From positions 205,547-269,546 of the forward strand of contig JBFWOS010000002.1 in NCBI GenBank assembly GCA_050250375.1: DNA of 64,000 bases. Reading direction: 5' to 3'. A program made the position numbers and the translations under genes. Every line of letters starts with the position of its first letter. Position 1 is the stretch's first letter. The notes beneath the pieces are model-generated. The model was not told the origin of the DNA. It worked only from the letters and a program-made list of their open reading frames with translations, and did no database searches. The stretch comes from Candidatus Omnitrophota bacterium (GTDB lineage Bacteria; Omnitrophota; Gorgyraeia; Zapsychrales; Zapsychraceae). Shown one piece after another: positions 35,685-45,182 of the stretch.

Positions 35685-36231
35685 GAAATGGATACCGGTA
35701 TTAATGGCAATCGTCTTACTGGCCGGCGGATGTTCGATTTACGACCGGGTCGGCCCCGGGCTTCACCGTAATCATTTTCAGCATTTCAGTTTTGACATCA
35801 AGGCCGAAAACTGGATGTCCAACCCGTACAGTCCTGGTTTTTTGATGTCCAAGGACGGTTACGATATCAATTACATTTATGTTTCCCGGGAGAAACTGAA
35901 TACTGATCTTGGACTAACCAAACAGAGGTTTCTCCAAGGAATGGAACCCTTTGAACTTTCGGATGTTGATAAAGACCGGATCCGGTGTAACGGCGGGATC
36001 ACCCGTTTTCAGGTCCAGGCCGATGAACCGGTCAAGATTGACGGCCATCGCGGTTACCGTCTGGAATATTCGTACACGACCTACCAGGGGCTTGACGTCC
36101 GGGGCATCCGTTACGGGTTCATCCATGACCGCTGGATATACCAGATTATTTACGAAGGGTTAAGCGACCATTATTTTGAAAAGAACCGCCTGGATTTTGA
36201 AGAATTTCTGGGCTCATTTAAAGTGCTTTGA
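35674..36231 (+). CDS. hypothetical lipoprotein
   Basis: MAVKKWIPVLMAIVLLAGGC lipobox; overlaps the previous gene by 11 nt. Confidence 0.5.
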   Translation: MAVKKWIPVLMAIVLLAGGCSIYDRVGPGLHRNHFQHFSFDIKAENWMSNPYSPGFLMSKDGYDINYIYVSREKLNTDLGLTKQRFLQGMEPFELSDVDKDRIRCNGGITRFQVQADEPVKIDGHRGYRLEYSYTTYQGLDVRGIRYGFIHDRWIYQIIYEGLSDHYFEKNRLDFEEFLGSFKVL

Positions 36232-36325
36232 TTTTTTGAAACAAATATGTTATAACTGTTAAAGTTTAAAAGCACTTACGGTCAACTCAGTGCGAAAAAA
36301 AATCAACATTCACCGAAAGAAGGAT

Positions 36326-36751
36326 ATGTTTTTTAAAAAATTATTCCCGTCCCCCAAAAAATTCAGCCGGCATAAAGTTTTGATCGTAGATGATAATGAA
36401 GTCGACCGCAAGTTAATCGCCAGGACTCTTGATAAAATGGGCTGTGTTGTCTTGACGGCCGTTGACGGGGAAATCGGTCTTCACCTGGCCTTGTCGGAGA
36501 AGCCCGACCTGATTTTGTCGGACTGCCAGATGCCCCATATGGACGGGCTGACCATGTGCAAGGAATTGCGCGAGAATGAGGAGACCAGGGATATTCCGGT
36601 GATTTTCCTGACCGGCGATAGTTCCCCGGCTATGGTGGTCGATTGTTTTGACATGGTCAATGTGGATAATTATATGTGCAAACCCATCAATGCCAAAATA
36701 CTCATCGGACAGATCGAAGACATCCTCAACGAACATTTACCCAAAAAATAA
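36326..36751 (+). CDS. single-domain response regulator (receiver)
   Basis: KVLIVDDNEVDRKLI...LILSDCQMPHMDGLTM...VIFLTGD...KPI. Confidence 0.8.
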   Translation: MFFKKLFPSPKKFSRHKVLIVDDNEVDRKLIARTLDKMGCVVLTAVDGEIGLHLALSEKPDLILSDCQMPHMDGLTMCKELRENEETRDIPVIFLTGDSSPAMVVDCFDMVNVDNYMCKPINAKILIGQIEDILNEHLPKK

Positions 36752-36762
36752 AAGAGTGACCT

Positions 36763-38037
36763 ATGTTTGACATTAAATTAATCCGCGATAATCCGGAAGC
36801 AGTGAAGGCGGGGCTGGCGGCCAAGAAGATCAAGGCCGACCTGGACCAGATCCTGAAAGACGATAACGTCTACCGTCAGAAACTGGTGAAACTTGATGAC
36901 CTGCGTAATCTGAAGAATGCGGCCAATGATGAGATCAGCGTGGCCTTGAAAAACAAACAGGACCCCAAACCGAAGATTGAGGCGATGAAGGCCGTTGCCG
37001 CCCAGATCGACGCGCTTGAACCGGAAGTGAAAGACCTCGCGGCGAAGATCAAGGATGTCCTGATCGGCCTGCCGAACCTTCCGCATGAATCTGTCCCGGT
37101 CGGAACGATGGAAGACAATAAGATCGTCCGGGAATGGGGCCAGCCGGTCAAATTTGATTTTAAACCCAAGACTCACATTGAGATCGCCGAGAGCCTGGAC
37201 ATCATTGATTTCAAACGGGCCACTAAGATTTCCGGGGCCAATTTTATATTATTCAAAAGAGAAGGAGCTCGTCTGGAACGGGCCTTGTACAATTTCATGC
37301 TCGATGTTCACACCACCCAGCACGGATACACCGAGATATTTCCGCCGGTCCTTGTTAATCCGGACTCCATGACCGGAACCGGCCAGCTTCCGAAAATGGC
37401 TGAAGACATGTATAAATTGAAAGATGACGACCTGTATCTGATCCCGACGGCCGAGGTGCCGGTAACCAATATCCACCGGGATGAGGTTCTGGAGGAAAGT
37501 GAACTTCCGATTTATTATACGGCCTACACAAGTTGTTTCCGCCGGGAAGCGGGTTCCTACGGTAAAGATACGCGGGGGCTGATCCGCGTGCATCAGTTCG
37601 ACAAAGTTGAACTGGTCAAGTTCGTCAGGCCGGAGACATCGTATGATGAACTTGAAAAGCTCGTTGCCAACGCGGAAAAGATTTTTCAGCTCCTGAAACT
37701 GCCCTACCGTGTTCTTTTGTTGGCCAGCGGGGATTTGAGTTTCGCCGCCGCCAAATGTTTTGACCTTGAAGCGCATGCCGCCGGGATGGACAAATGGCTG
37801 GAAGTTTCCAGCTGTTCGAATTTTGAATCCTTCCAGGCCCGCCGGGCTAATATCCGGTATAAAGGCGCAGACTCCAAAAAAACAACTTTTGTCCATACCT
37901 TAAACGGCTCGGGGGTCGCGCTGGCCCGTTGTGTCGTCGCCATTCTTGAGAATTATCAAACCAGAGAAGGGGATGTTGTCATCCCTGAAGTATTACGTCC
38001 TTACATGGGCGGACTAGAGAAAATAACCCGAGACTAG
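36763..38037 (+). CDS. serS: seryl-tRNA synthetase
   Basis: MFDIKLIRDNPEAVKAGLA...; class II aaRS motifs (FRRE, GSGVAL); 424 aa. Confidence 0.9.
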   Translation: MFDIKLIRDNPEAVKAGLAAKKIKADLDQILKDDNVYRQKLVKLDDLRNLKNAANDEISVALKNKQDPKPKIEAMKAVAAQIDALEPEVKDLAAKIKDVLIGLPNLPHESVPVGTMEDNKIVREWGQPVKFDFKPKTHIEIAESLDIIDFKRATKISGANFILFKREGARLERALYNFMLDVHTTQHGYTEIFPPVLVNPDSMTGTGQLPKMAEDMYKLKDDDLYLIPTAEVPVTNIHRDEVLEESELPIYYTAYTSCFRREAGSYGKDTRGLIRVHQFDKVELVKFVRPETSYDELEKLVANAEKIFQLLKLPYRVLLLASGDLSFAAAKCFDLEAHAAGMDKWLEVSSCSNFESFQARRANIRYKGADSKKTTFVHTLNGSGVALARCVVAILENYQTREGDVVIPEVLRPYMGGLEKITRD

Positions 38038-38066
38038 AGTTTGTCTCCAAACACTGGAGGGGAAGG

Positions 38067-38660
38067 ATGTTCAAATACATTCTGTCGATCCTTAAAGTTA
38101 TTCTCTCGATCGCGTTGATGCCCGTCTCGATCGCGGTCACTCTCACCTTGTACGATCATCTCAACACATATCCGGCGGTTTTATCGGTAAACTTTTTTTA
38201 TGGAGCCGCCTTCTTTGTCCTCATTTTTCTGTTTTTTTACCAGTTCTGGGGTTTTTTTGAATTGGGGTACAAGGTATTGACCAACCTGTTTCAGTTTGCC
38301 GCCCCCATGGACAAATGGCTGGCCTACGCGACCCCGATTTATACCATTCTGGTGTTATTGATCTTTTATATCGTTCGTGTTTTGGGCAAGGTCGTTACCC
38401 TGGACCACCAGTTCAGCTTTATGGCCGGATTTACGCTGGTCATGCATTTTCTGGTTTTGGCCCAGGAATTGCAAAACCAGGAAAAAACACCGGTCAAGCC
38501 GGATTATCTGCTGGCCATCAATGTGATTTATATTTACGACATTTTTCTGGTGGTTTTTTTGATGGATTTGGTGTTCCAGAAATGGACGGTTCCGCAGTTC
38601 TTTCAGTCATTCCTGCTGGATATTAAGCACGTTTTTCTCTGGGTGAAGAAATTGATCTGA
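38067..38660 (+). CDS. hypothetical integral membrane protein
   Basis: 197 aa, 5-6 predicted TM helices; no motif recognised. Confidence 0.5.
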   Translation: MFKYILSILKVILSIALMPVSIAVTLTLYDHLNTYPAVLSVNFFYGAAFFVLIFLFFYQFWGFFELGYKVLTNLFQFAAPMDKWLAYATPIYTILVLLIFYIVRVLGKVVTLDHQFSFMAGFTLVMHFLVLAQELQNQEKTPVKPDYLLAINVIYIYDIFLVVFLMDLVFQKWTVPQFFQSFLLDIKHVFLWVKKLI

Positions 38661-38847
38661 CACCGCTAACCCGCAGAAAGAAATCCGTTGACAATATTAG
38701 AATTATATTTATATTAATAGAGATCATTTTGCTTCAAACTTGATTTTTACCAGTTATTTGCTTGTTTTAGTCGTTTTTGAGACGTTGTCTGACTATTCCT
38801 GACATTTAATCACGAAAGTCAACAATAGCTCCTTCGAAATACATACC

Positions 38848-38935
38848 GGAGAGGTGGCTGAGCGGTTGAAAGCGGCAGTCTTGAAAACTGTTGAGGGGCA
38901 ACCCTTCCAGAGTTCGAATCTCTGCCTCTCCGCCA
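38848..38935 (+). tRNA. tRNA-Ser (anticodon UGA)
   Basis: GGAGAGG acceptor stem pairing with CCTCTCC+G+CCA; anticodon loop CTTGAAA (anticodon TGA); long variable arm TGAGGGGCAACCCTTCCAG; T-loop GTTCGAATC. Confidence 0.85.
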
Positions 38936-39016
38936 TTTCAGCTGTAAACTGAAATGGCGCGACTAGGCTCTCCAAAGTATTCAAATTACTTTGGAGAGTC
39001 CGGTCCGCCGTTTTTT
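38936..39016 (+). terminator. two consecutive stem-loops plus T6 tract downstream of tRNA-Ser
   Basis: CCATTTCAG-CTGTAAA-CTGAAATGG, then GGCTCTCCAAAGTA-TTCAAAT-TACTTTGGAGAGTCC, then ...CCGTTTTTT. Confidence 0.4.
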
Positions 39017-39092
39017 CGCCATCGTTTTCTCTGTCGGTGATAATGCCAATGGACGGCTCATAAACAGCATATGCTTTGTATAAAAGGCGGCT

Positions 39093-40307
39093 ATGAAAAA
39101 AGTTTTAACGTTTTTAGTTTTGATCATCCTTCTCCCGAATCCTCTCCATGCCCAAGACCAACCTTCTGATGACGGCCTCGTTGAAGAATTCTATCCGGAC
39201 GGAGCCCTGAAATCGCAGAATCAATACAATCACGGTAAACTGGAAGGGATCAGCAAGACGTATTACCCTAACGGCAGACTATTAAGCGAAGGGCGTTACA
39301 AGTCGGGGCAGATTGACGGGACGTATAAATCCTATTATGATTCCGGACAGCTTTATCTGGTCAAAGAATTCAAAGACGGCCTGCTGGAAGGGGAAAGTCT
39401 TGAGTATTATCCCGGAGGCCAGATAAAATCGCGGGAAAATTATCAGTCGGACGAACTGAACGGCTCAAGTCTCTATTACTTTGAGGACGGGAACCTGCAG
39501 TATTCGATGGAATTCAAGAACGGCCGCCTGGACGGCATGAGCCGGGAGTATTTTGAAGGCGGGGTCCTAAAAAGTGAAGCCCTGTATGAAAACGAAAATC
39601 TGGAAGGGATCGTCAAGGAATGGGACAAAAACGGCAAGCTCGAGGCCAGCTGGAGGTATGAAAAAGGACTCCGTCAGGAGTTATCCCAGATTTATTATCC
39701 GAACGGGAAATTGAAATGGGAAGCCGGTTTTAAAGACGACCAGATATCCGGGATTTCGACGGCCTACAGCGAAGACGGAACACTGGTGATGAAATCCTCA
39801 TTTAAAGACGGCCGGCTCAACGGGCTTGTCCAGGAGTTTTATCCTGACGGGACGGTAAAAATTGAAACGAATTATAAGGATGACCAGAAACACGGGGTCA
39901 CACACGAGTATTATCCGAACGGGACCTTAAGCCTGGAGCGGGAATTTAAGGATGGTGAGGACATCGGGAATTCGTTCGAATATTACGAAGATGGAACTAT
40001 ACGGATTTCCCGCCGGTACGCGAATAAAAACCGGGACGGGACGCTGGAGGAATTTTACCTCGGCAGCCAGCTCAAGCAGCGATGGACGATCAATAACGCC
40101 CAGCTGGACGGCCCCAGCCAGAGTTATTATAAGACCGGAGAGCTGATGAGCGAAGAGCAGTACAAAAGCGGGGCCAAAGACGGGGTCAGCAAATACTACC
40201 ACCAGAACGGAAATCTGGCCTTTGAAGACACATACAGCCAGGGAAAGCGCAAGACCCGAAAATCGTTCGACGGCCGGGGAGAGTTCATCTCTGAAATTAA
40301 GGAATAA
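39093..40307 (+). CDS. secreted MORN-variant repeat protein (YwqK-like family)
   Basis: Signal peptide; more than ten tandem ~23-aa repeats of the type YYPNGxLxxExxYKxGxxDG. Confidence 0.7.
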   Translation: MKKVLTFLVLIILLPNPLHAQDQPSDDGLVEEFYPDGALKSQNQYNHGKLEGISKTYYPNGRLLSEGRYKSGQIDGTYKSYYDSGQLYLVKEFKDGLLEGESLEYYPGGQIKSRENYQSDELNGSSLYYFEDGNLQYSMEFKNGRLDGMSREYFEGGVLKSEALYENENLEGIVKEWDKNGKLEASWRYEKGLRQELSQIYYPNGKLKWEAGFKDDQISGISTAYSEDGTLVMKSSFKDGRLNGLVQEFYPDGTVKIETNYKDDQKHGVTHEYYPNGTLSLEREFKDGEDIGNSFEYYEDGTIRISRRYANKNRDGTLEEFYLGSQLKQRWTINNAQLDGPSQSYYKTGELMSEEQYKSGAKDGVSKYYHQNGNLAFEDTYSQGKRKTRKSFDGRGEFISEIKE

Positions 40308-40326
40308 TTTCTTACTGGAAAAATAA

Positions 40327-40914
40327 ATGATTCGATTAAGAAGCCACGTCATCAAGAATTTAGTCAAACTCTGTTTATTGATCTTGCTTTTTCTTGCGCC
40401 GGTTTTAGTGCTGATGGGTGTTTTTACCCCGTTCGCCTCAAAAAAGATCTCCGAGCGGATCGTCAACAGTTATCAAATCCCCGATGATTTTAAAATCGAA
40501 GACATTACGCAGATAGTCAAAAAAATGAGCCTGGACCCCGAATTCCTGTTTTATTTTAATGTCCTGGACAAGGAAAATATTGCGCGGGGCGCCTTTGAGG
40601 CCTATGAGATCATGAACCGTTCCCGCAGCGCCGAAACGTTCCTGAATGAAATAAACCTGCTTCAGAAAAAAACAAAATCGCTGGCGGTCATGTTTTATCA
40701 TTTGGAATACACCGAAGATTTTGTCGAGAATCCGAAAAGTTATCCGGATCTGGACAAGATCATGAAGGATTTTCTGTTTGAGGATTTTAAACTGGCCGTC
40801 CTGGGGGTCTGTTACAAGGCAAACTATGATGAGTCGTTTCTTTTTAAGTGGGATCAACCTTCCCGGTTAGCTGCCCGAAAATTGTACACCATTGTCAAAA
40901 AGCTAAACAAATAA
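40327..40914 (+). CDS. hypothetical membrane-anchored protein
   Basis: N-terminal TM helix; 195 aa; no motif. Confidence 0.45.
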   Translation: MIRLRSHVIKNLVKLCLLILLFLAPVLVLMGVFTPFASKKISERIVNSYQIPDDFKIEDITQIVKKMSLDPEFLFYFNVLDKENIARGAFEAYEIMNRSRSAETFLNEINLLQKKTKSLAVMFYHLEYTEDFVENPKSYPDLDKIMKDFLFEDFKLAVLGVCYKANYDESFLFKWDQPSRLAARKLYTIVKKLNK

Positions 40915-41005
40915 AATTATAAAAAATTCTGATAACTTCTGGAATTTGTTCTTATTTAAAGTAAAATATTGTTTAACATAATTTTATAACAGTGTTGAGG
41001 AACCC

Positions 41006-42472
41006 ATGTCCGAATATCCACACAAAAAGCTGATCACAGGATCGATTGAAAACGCATCCATCATGCGCAAGTTTACGGTCCTTTTTCTTCTTATGTCGAT
41101 GGTGCCGATGCTGGTGCTGTTCTATTTTTATTGGAATTTCAGAACGACCGGAAACCTGATGATTACCGAGACGTCATTTAATGTCGCCTTGATCTTTATT
41201 GTCTGCGGGGTTACCTTAGGTTATGCCTCGATGCGTAATGTTGTGCAGGCCCTGATCGATCTGAACCGGGCGAACACCAAGGCCCTGCAGCGGGTGTTGA
41301 CCCCTGAAAAGGTTGATGAACTGGCGAACGAACAAAATGAGATTACGGCTTTGGCGCAGTCTTTTAAGGCCATCACGGAACGGCTGGAAGAAAATGTCCG
41401 CAGCCTTGAGCTGGCCAAGAAAACACTGCATTCGGTCATGTCCCGGGTCGGCCACGGGATTTCCAACATGCAGAATATTGATAATTTCCTGGAATTGATT
41501 TTGGAAACCGTCATTAAGGCTTTATCCGGAAAGACCGGGATTATTCTGGTTTATGATAAAGACACGCAGCAGTTAGTCGTGAAAATGGCTTTCGGGGTTG
41601 ATGTAGAGAAGAGCACCAATATCCGGCCGATTAAAATTTCAGAAGGTTCCCGCATCAAGGAAATTCTCAAGACGAAAGGGCCCCGGGTGTTTCAGGAAAC
41701 GTTCCCGGAGTTTACGTCCAAGTATTACAAGAAATTTGTCGATGGCCCGTTCATTTGTACTCCGTTATTAGTCAAGGATAAACCAAAGGGGCTGATGATT
41801 GTCAACCATAATGATCCCAACGGAACATTTGATAATGACGAAATCAACCTGTTTTTCAACCTCGCCTCGCAAACGGCCGTCGCGATCGAGAATTCTCTTC
41901 TCAGCCATGATATTGAATCGACCTATTTTGAGACCATTTCAGCCCTGGCATTGGCGGTTGACGCCAAGGACAGGTATTCCCGCGGGCACCTGGACCGGGT
42001 CGCCCACTATTGTGTGATGATCGCCAAGAAAATAGGGCTGGATGAAGATGATGTCAAGACATTACGCGACGCGGCCCGTCTGCATGACCTGGGGAAAATC
42101 GGCATCCCGGATGAGGTCCTTTGCAAACCCGGCCCGTTGACCGACCAGGAATGGATCCTGATGAAACGCCATCCGGAAATCGGGGAGACAATCATCAAGC
42201 CGATCACATCCCTGCGGCATTTGTGCGATCTGGTCAGGCATCATCATGAAAAGCTGGACGGTTCCGGTTATCCTGATGGACTAAAGGCGGACGAAATTTC
42301 GCCTCTGGTCCGTATCATGACGGTGGCGGATATTTATGACGCGATTACAACCGACCGGCCGTACCGCGACCGGATGAGTCAGGAACAGGCCAGCGCTGAA
42401 TTGCGGAAAATGAAAGATCAGCTGGACCAGGATATCGTTGAGTCCTTTATTGAAGCGTTGAATGAGGCATAA
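41006..42472 (+). CDS. membrane-anchored GAF-domain HD-GYP phosphodiesterase
   Basis: TM segments, coiled-coil/HAMP-like linker, GAF-like domain; HD-GYP: RGHLDRVAHYCVMIA...LHDLGKIGIPDEVL...HHHEKLDGSGYPDGL. Confidence 0.85.
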   Translation: MSEYPHKKLITGSIENASIMRKFTVLFLLMSMVPMLVLFYFYWNFRTTGNLMITETSFNVALIFIVCGVTLGYASMRNVVQALIDLNRANTKALQRVLTPEKVDELANEQNEITALAQSFKAITERLEENVRSLELAKKTLHSVMSRVGHGISNMQNIDNFLELILETVIKALSGKTGIILVYDKDTQQLVVKMAFGVDVEKSTNIRPIKISEGSRIKEILKTKGPRVFQETFPEFTSKYYKKFVDGPFICTPLLVKDKPKGLMIVNHNDPNGTFDNDEINLFFNLASQTAVAIENSLLSHDIESTYFETISALALAVDAKDRYSRGHLDRVAHYCVMIAKKIGLDEDDVKTLRDAARLHDLGKIGIPDEVLCKPGPLTDQEWILMKRHPEIGETIIKPITSLRHLCDLVRHHHEKLDGSGYPDGLKADEISPLVRIMTVADIYDAITTDRPYRDRMSQEQASAELRKMKDQLDQDIVESFIEALNEA

Positions 42473-42528
42473 TCATAACCTCGCCAAACTCCATTCATCA
42501 CCCACATCATCCATGCCGCGGCTAATTT

Positions 42529-43458
42529 ATGGGACGAATTTTAGAGATTAACGGTGAATATTACGTCGAATTTTACGGAAACGGTCTGCGTTTCCAGAAA
42601 AAAGCCGGACCATCCTATGAAGAAGCTGTCCGGAAATTAAAATCGATCGAAGAGTCTTTAGAAACAAGCGCCCTTAAGGTGGACCCTGCCGCCGTAACGG
42701 TCGATTTGTTCCGAGAGCGGTATCTGTCTTTTTGTGAACAGGTGCACCCGCCTAAGACGGCTGCCCGGTTCAAACAGACCCTGGCTCATTTTATGCGGTT
42801 TCTTGAACCGCATTTGTCCGGGGATAGGTATCTTCCGGAAATAACCCCCCGGATGATTGAATTGTATAAAGAAAGTCTTCTGAAACAATATCCCTATCGG
42901 CCGCATCTGGTCAACTTCACCCTGTACCTGATCAGGGATATCCTGCAGTACTGCATTACTCTCGGCTGGCTGAATGATAACCCGACGCTGCATACGCCGT
43001 TTCTTAAAACCTCAAGAAAATATTCTCCGCGTATTTATTCGGACGGGCAGATCAAGGCCCTTGGTTCCGGTTTAAGTGAAAAAGACCGTCTGGTTTTTGA
43101 ACTTTTGTTAGGGTCCGGGATGACGCTGGATGAACTGAAACAATTAACGTGGGAACATATCAATATCAAGTCGCAGAGCATTGAAGTCGAAACAGGTTTT
43201 CCGGACAAGTCGTATACCCGGATCGTTCCCATGGATTATCACCTGCTGGAACTCATCAAGATCATAAAAGAAAAGAACCCGGGGGATCGGCTGGTTTTTA
43301 AGAATCCAGAACTTGCCGACGGGATTAACCCGGGAATTCTAAGAAATACGTTTGCCAAGCGGTTAATCGAACGAGGTGTATCCCTGTCCCAATTGTACAA
43401 ATTGCTCGGGGCGGATGACATCGCCAAGGTTTTCCGGTATCAGGTGTTCCTGCCGTAG
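42529..43458 (+). CDS. tyrosine-recombinase/phage-integrase-like protein with apparently divergent catalytic motifs
   Basis: N-terminal SAM-like core-binding region; C-terminal ...GILRNTFAKRLIERGVSLSQLYKLLG...VFRYQVF resembles the Int box II region but His appears replaced (RNTF rather than RHTF). Confidence 0.5.
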   Translation: MGRILEINGEYYVEFYGNGLRFQKKAGPSYEEAVRKLKSIEESLETSALKVDPAAVTVDLFRERYLSFCEQVHPPKTAARFKQTLAHFMRFLEPHLSGDRYLPEITPRMIELYKESLLKQYPYRPHLVNFTLYLIRDILQYCITLGWLNDNPTLHTPFLKTSRKYSPRIYSDGQIKALGSGLSEKDRLVFELLLGSGMTLDELKQLTWEHINIKSQSIEVETGFPDKSYTRIVPMDYHLLELIKIIKEKNPGDRLVFKNPELADGINPGILRNTFAKRLIERGVSLSQLYKLLGADDIAKVFRYQVFLP

Positions 43459-43484
43459 GCCGTGCAGGCTAGAGGAAATTATTT

Positions 43485-45182
43485 ATGCCCAGGATCGTGT
43501 ATCACCTTATCGCGCTGCTGATGATTACCTCCGGCGCATGGTTTGTATACGGGCAGACCTTACACTATTCCTTTCATTTCGACGATTATTATTTCATTAC
43601 CGAGAATCTGAAGATAAGGGACATCACCCAGGTCCGCGATATCTGGCATTCGCTGGGCAAACCGTCCAGGTTTCTGGGAATGTACAGCTTTGCCCTGAAT
43701 TACCATTTTTCTCAAGCGGATGTATTCGGTTACCATCTGGTTAATATCCTTATCCATATGGTTAACGGATTCCTGGTTTACTGGCTGATCCTTTTGACTT
43801 TGAGGACAAGGCCCGGATGGGCCGAAGGGCGAAGAATGTTGGCGGTGTCGACGGCGCTTTTGTTTGTCTGTCATCCGATGAATACCCAGGGTGTAACCTA
43901 TATCTCCCAGCGGTTCGCTTCAATGGCAACCCTTTTTTATCTGTCAGCCTTATGTTTTTATATACAGGGCCGTTTGACCGCGGGGAACAAAGGGAAGCTG
44001 TTTTTTGTTTTTGCTTTTTTATCCGCCGTTTTGGGGATGTTTACCAAACAGATCGTGCTGACATTGCCGGTCTGCATTTTGGTATACGAATACTGTTTTC
44101 TGGATGCGGACAAAAGAATAAAAATATTTCGCTGGCCGTATTTGTTGATTCTGTTGGGATTGTTTTTGATTGTGCCGACCCTGCATTCATGGGATTTCAG
44201 CCGGCTTTTTGATGCCAGGATCGAATCACGTTCCCATTCCGGCGACATCCTGACGAGTTACACCTATATGCTGACGCAGTTCAGGGTAATCCCGCTGTAT
44301 ATCCGGATGATGTTTTTTCCCATCGGGCAGACGCTGGATTATGATTTCCCGGTGTCCACGCAGTTCTGGACATGGCCGGTCTGCAGCGGGATGGTGTTTA
44401 TCTTTTCGGTTATAGCTGCCGCCGTGATGCTGCTCAGACGCAGTCCGCTGATCGGTTTCGGGGTGCTCTGGTTTTTTCTCACACTCGGGATTGAATCAAC
44501 GATCATCCCGATTTATCAGGTGATCTTTGAACACCGCTGTTATTTGCCCGGCATCGGTTTGTTATTTGCTTTTAATATATTTATGTGGCAGTCTTTCAAA
44601 TCCCGTAAAAAATATCTTGCCGGGATCACGCTGATCATCATCGTATTTGCCTGGACCGCGTTCAAACGCAATCAGGTCTGGGAAAATGAAACGACTCTGT
44701 GGAAGGATATTAAACAGAAAGCCCCCCGGAAAATGCGGCCCTATATTCATCTTGGTGTTTCTTATATCATGAAAGGCGATTACGACCTGGCCCTCAATGA
44801 ATTCAATGAGGCCCTTCAAATCAGCCGGGATGATTATAAAATTTATCACAACCGGGGGATCGCGTTTGAGATGAAGGGCGATCTTGAACAAGCTGAAAAA
44901 GATTACACCCGGTCGATCGAATTGAACCCCGGATCGGCGGTGAGTTACACCAACCGGGGCACTGTTATGGTCAAGTTAAAGCGGTATAATACGGCCCTGC
45001 GGGATTATAATAAAGCGATTGAACTGAAGCCGGCGTACGCGGATGCGTATGTCGGGCGGGGAAATTTGTATTATCTCGCCGGCCGTTATGAAAAAGCCCT
45101 GGATGACCTGGTCAGGGCCAAAGAACTCGGCAGTCCGATTGAAGAGAGTGAAATAGATAAAGTGAAACAATTGACCCGATGA
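43485..45182 (+). CDS. DUF1736/TMTC-like GT-C-fold membrane protein with C-terminal TPR repeats (paralogue 1)
   Basis: N-terminal polytopic domain with FHFDDY loop motif, GYHLVNILIHMVNG and HPMNTQGVTYISQRFASMATLFYL. C-terminal 3-4 TPRs (YHNRGIAFEMKGDLEQAEKDY...). Confidence 0.7.
   Translation: MPRIVYHLIALLMITSGAWFVYGQTLHYSFHFDDYYFITENLKIRDITQVRDIWHSLGKPSRFLGMYSFALNYHFSQADVFGYHLVNILIHMVNGFLVYWLILLTLRTRPGWAEGRRMLAVSTALLFVCHPMNTQGVTYISQRFASMATLFYLSALCFYIQGRLTAGNKGKLFFVFAFLSAVLGMFTKQIVLTLPVCILVYEYCFLDADKRIKIFRWPYLLILLGLFLIVPTLHSWDFSRLFDARIESRSHSGDILTSYTYMLTQFRVIPLYIRMMFFPIGQTLDYDFPVSTQFWTWPVCSGMVFIFSVIAAAVMLLRRSPLIGFGVLWFFLTLGIESTIIPIYQVIFEHRCYLPGIGLLFAFNIFMWQSFKSRKKYLAGITLIIIVFAWTAFKRNQVWENETTLWKDIKQKAPRKMRPYIHLGVSYIMKGDYDLALNEFNEALQISRDDYKIYHNRGIAFEMKGDLEQAEKDYTRSIELNPGSAVSYTNRGTVMVKLKRYNTALRDYNKAIELKPAYADAYVGRGNLYYLAGRYEKALDDLVRAKELGSPIEESEIDKVKQLTR

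Noticed and set aside
38936-39016. Hairpins after tRNA-Ser as an attB/attL site of an integrated element
   Set aside because: No direct repeat of the tRNA 3' end was found by eye downstream, and the nearby recombinase appears degenerate. Kept only as a low-confidence terminator or structure.
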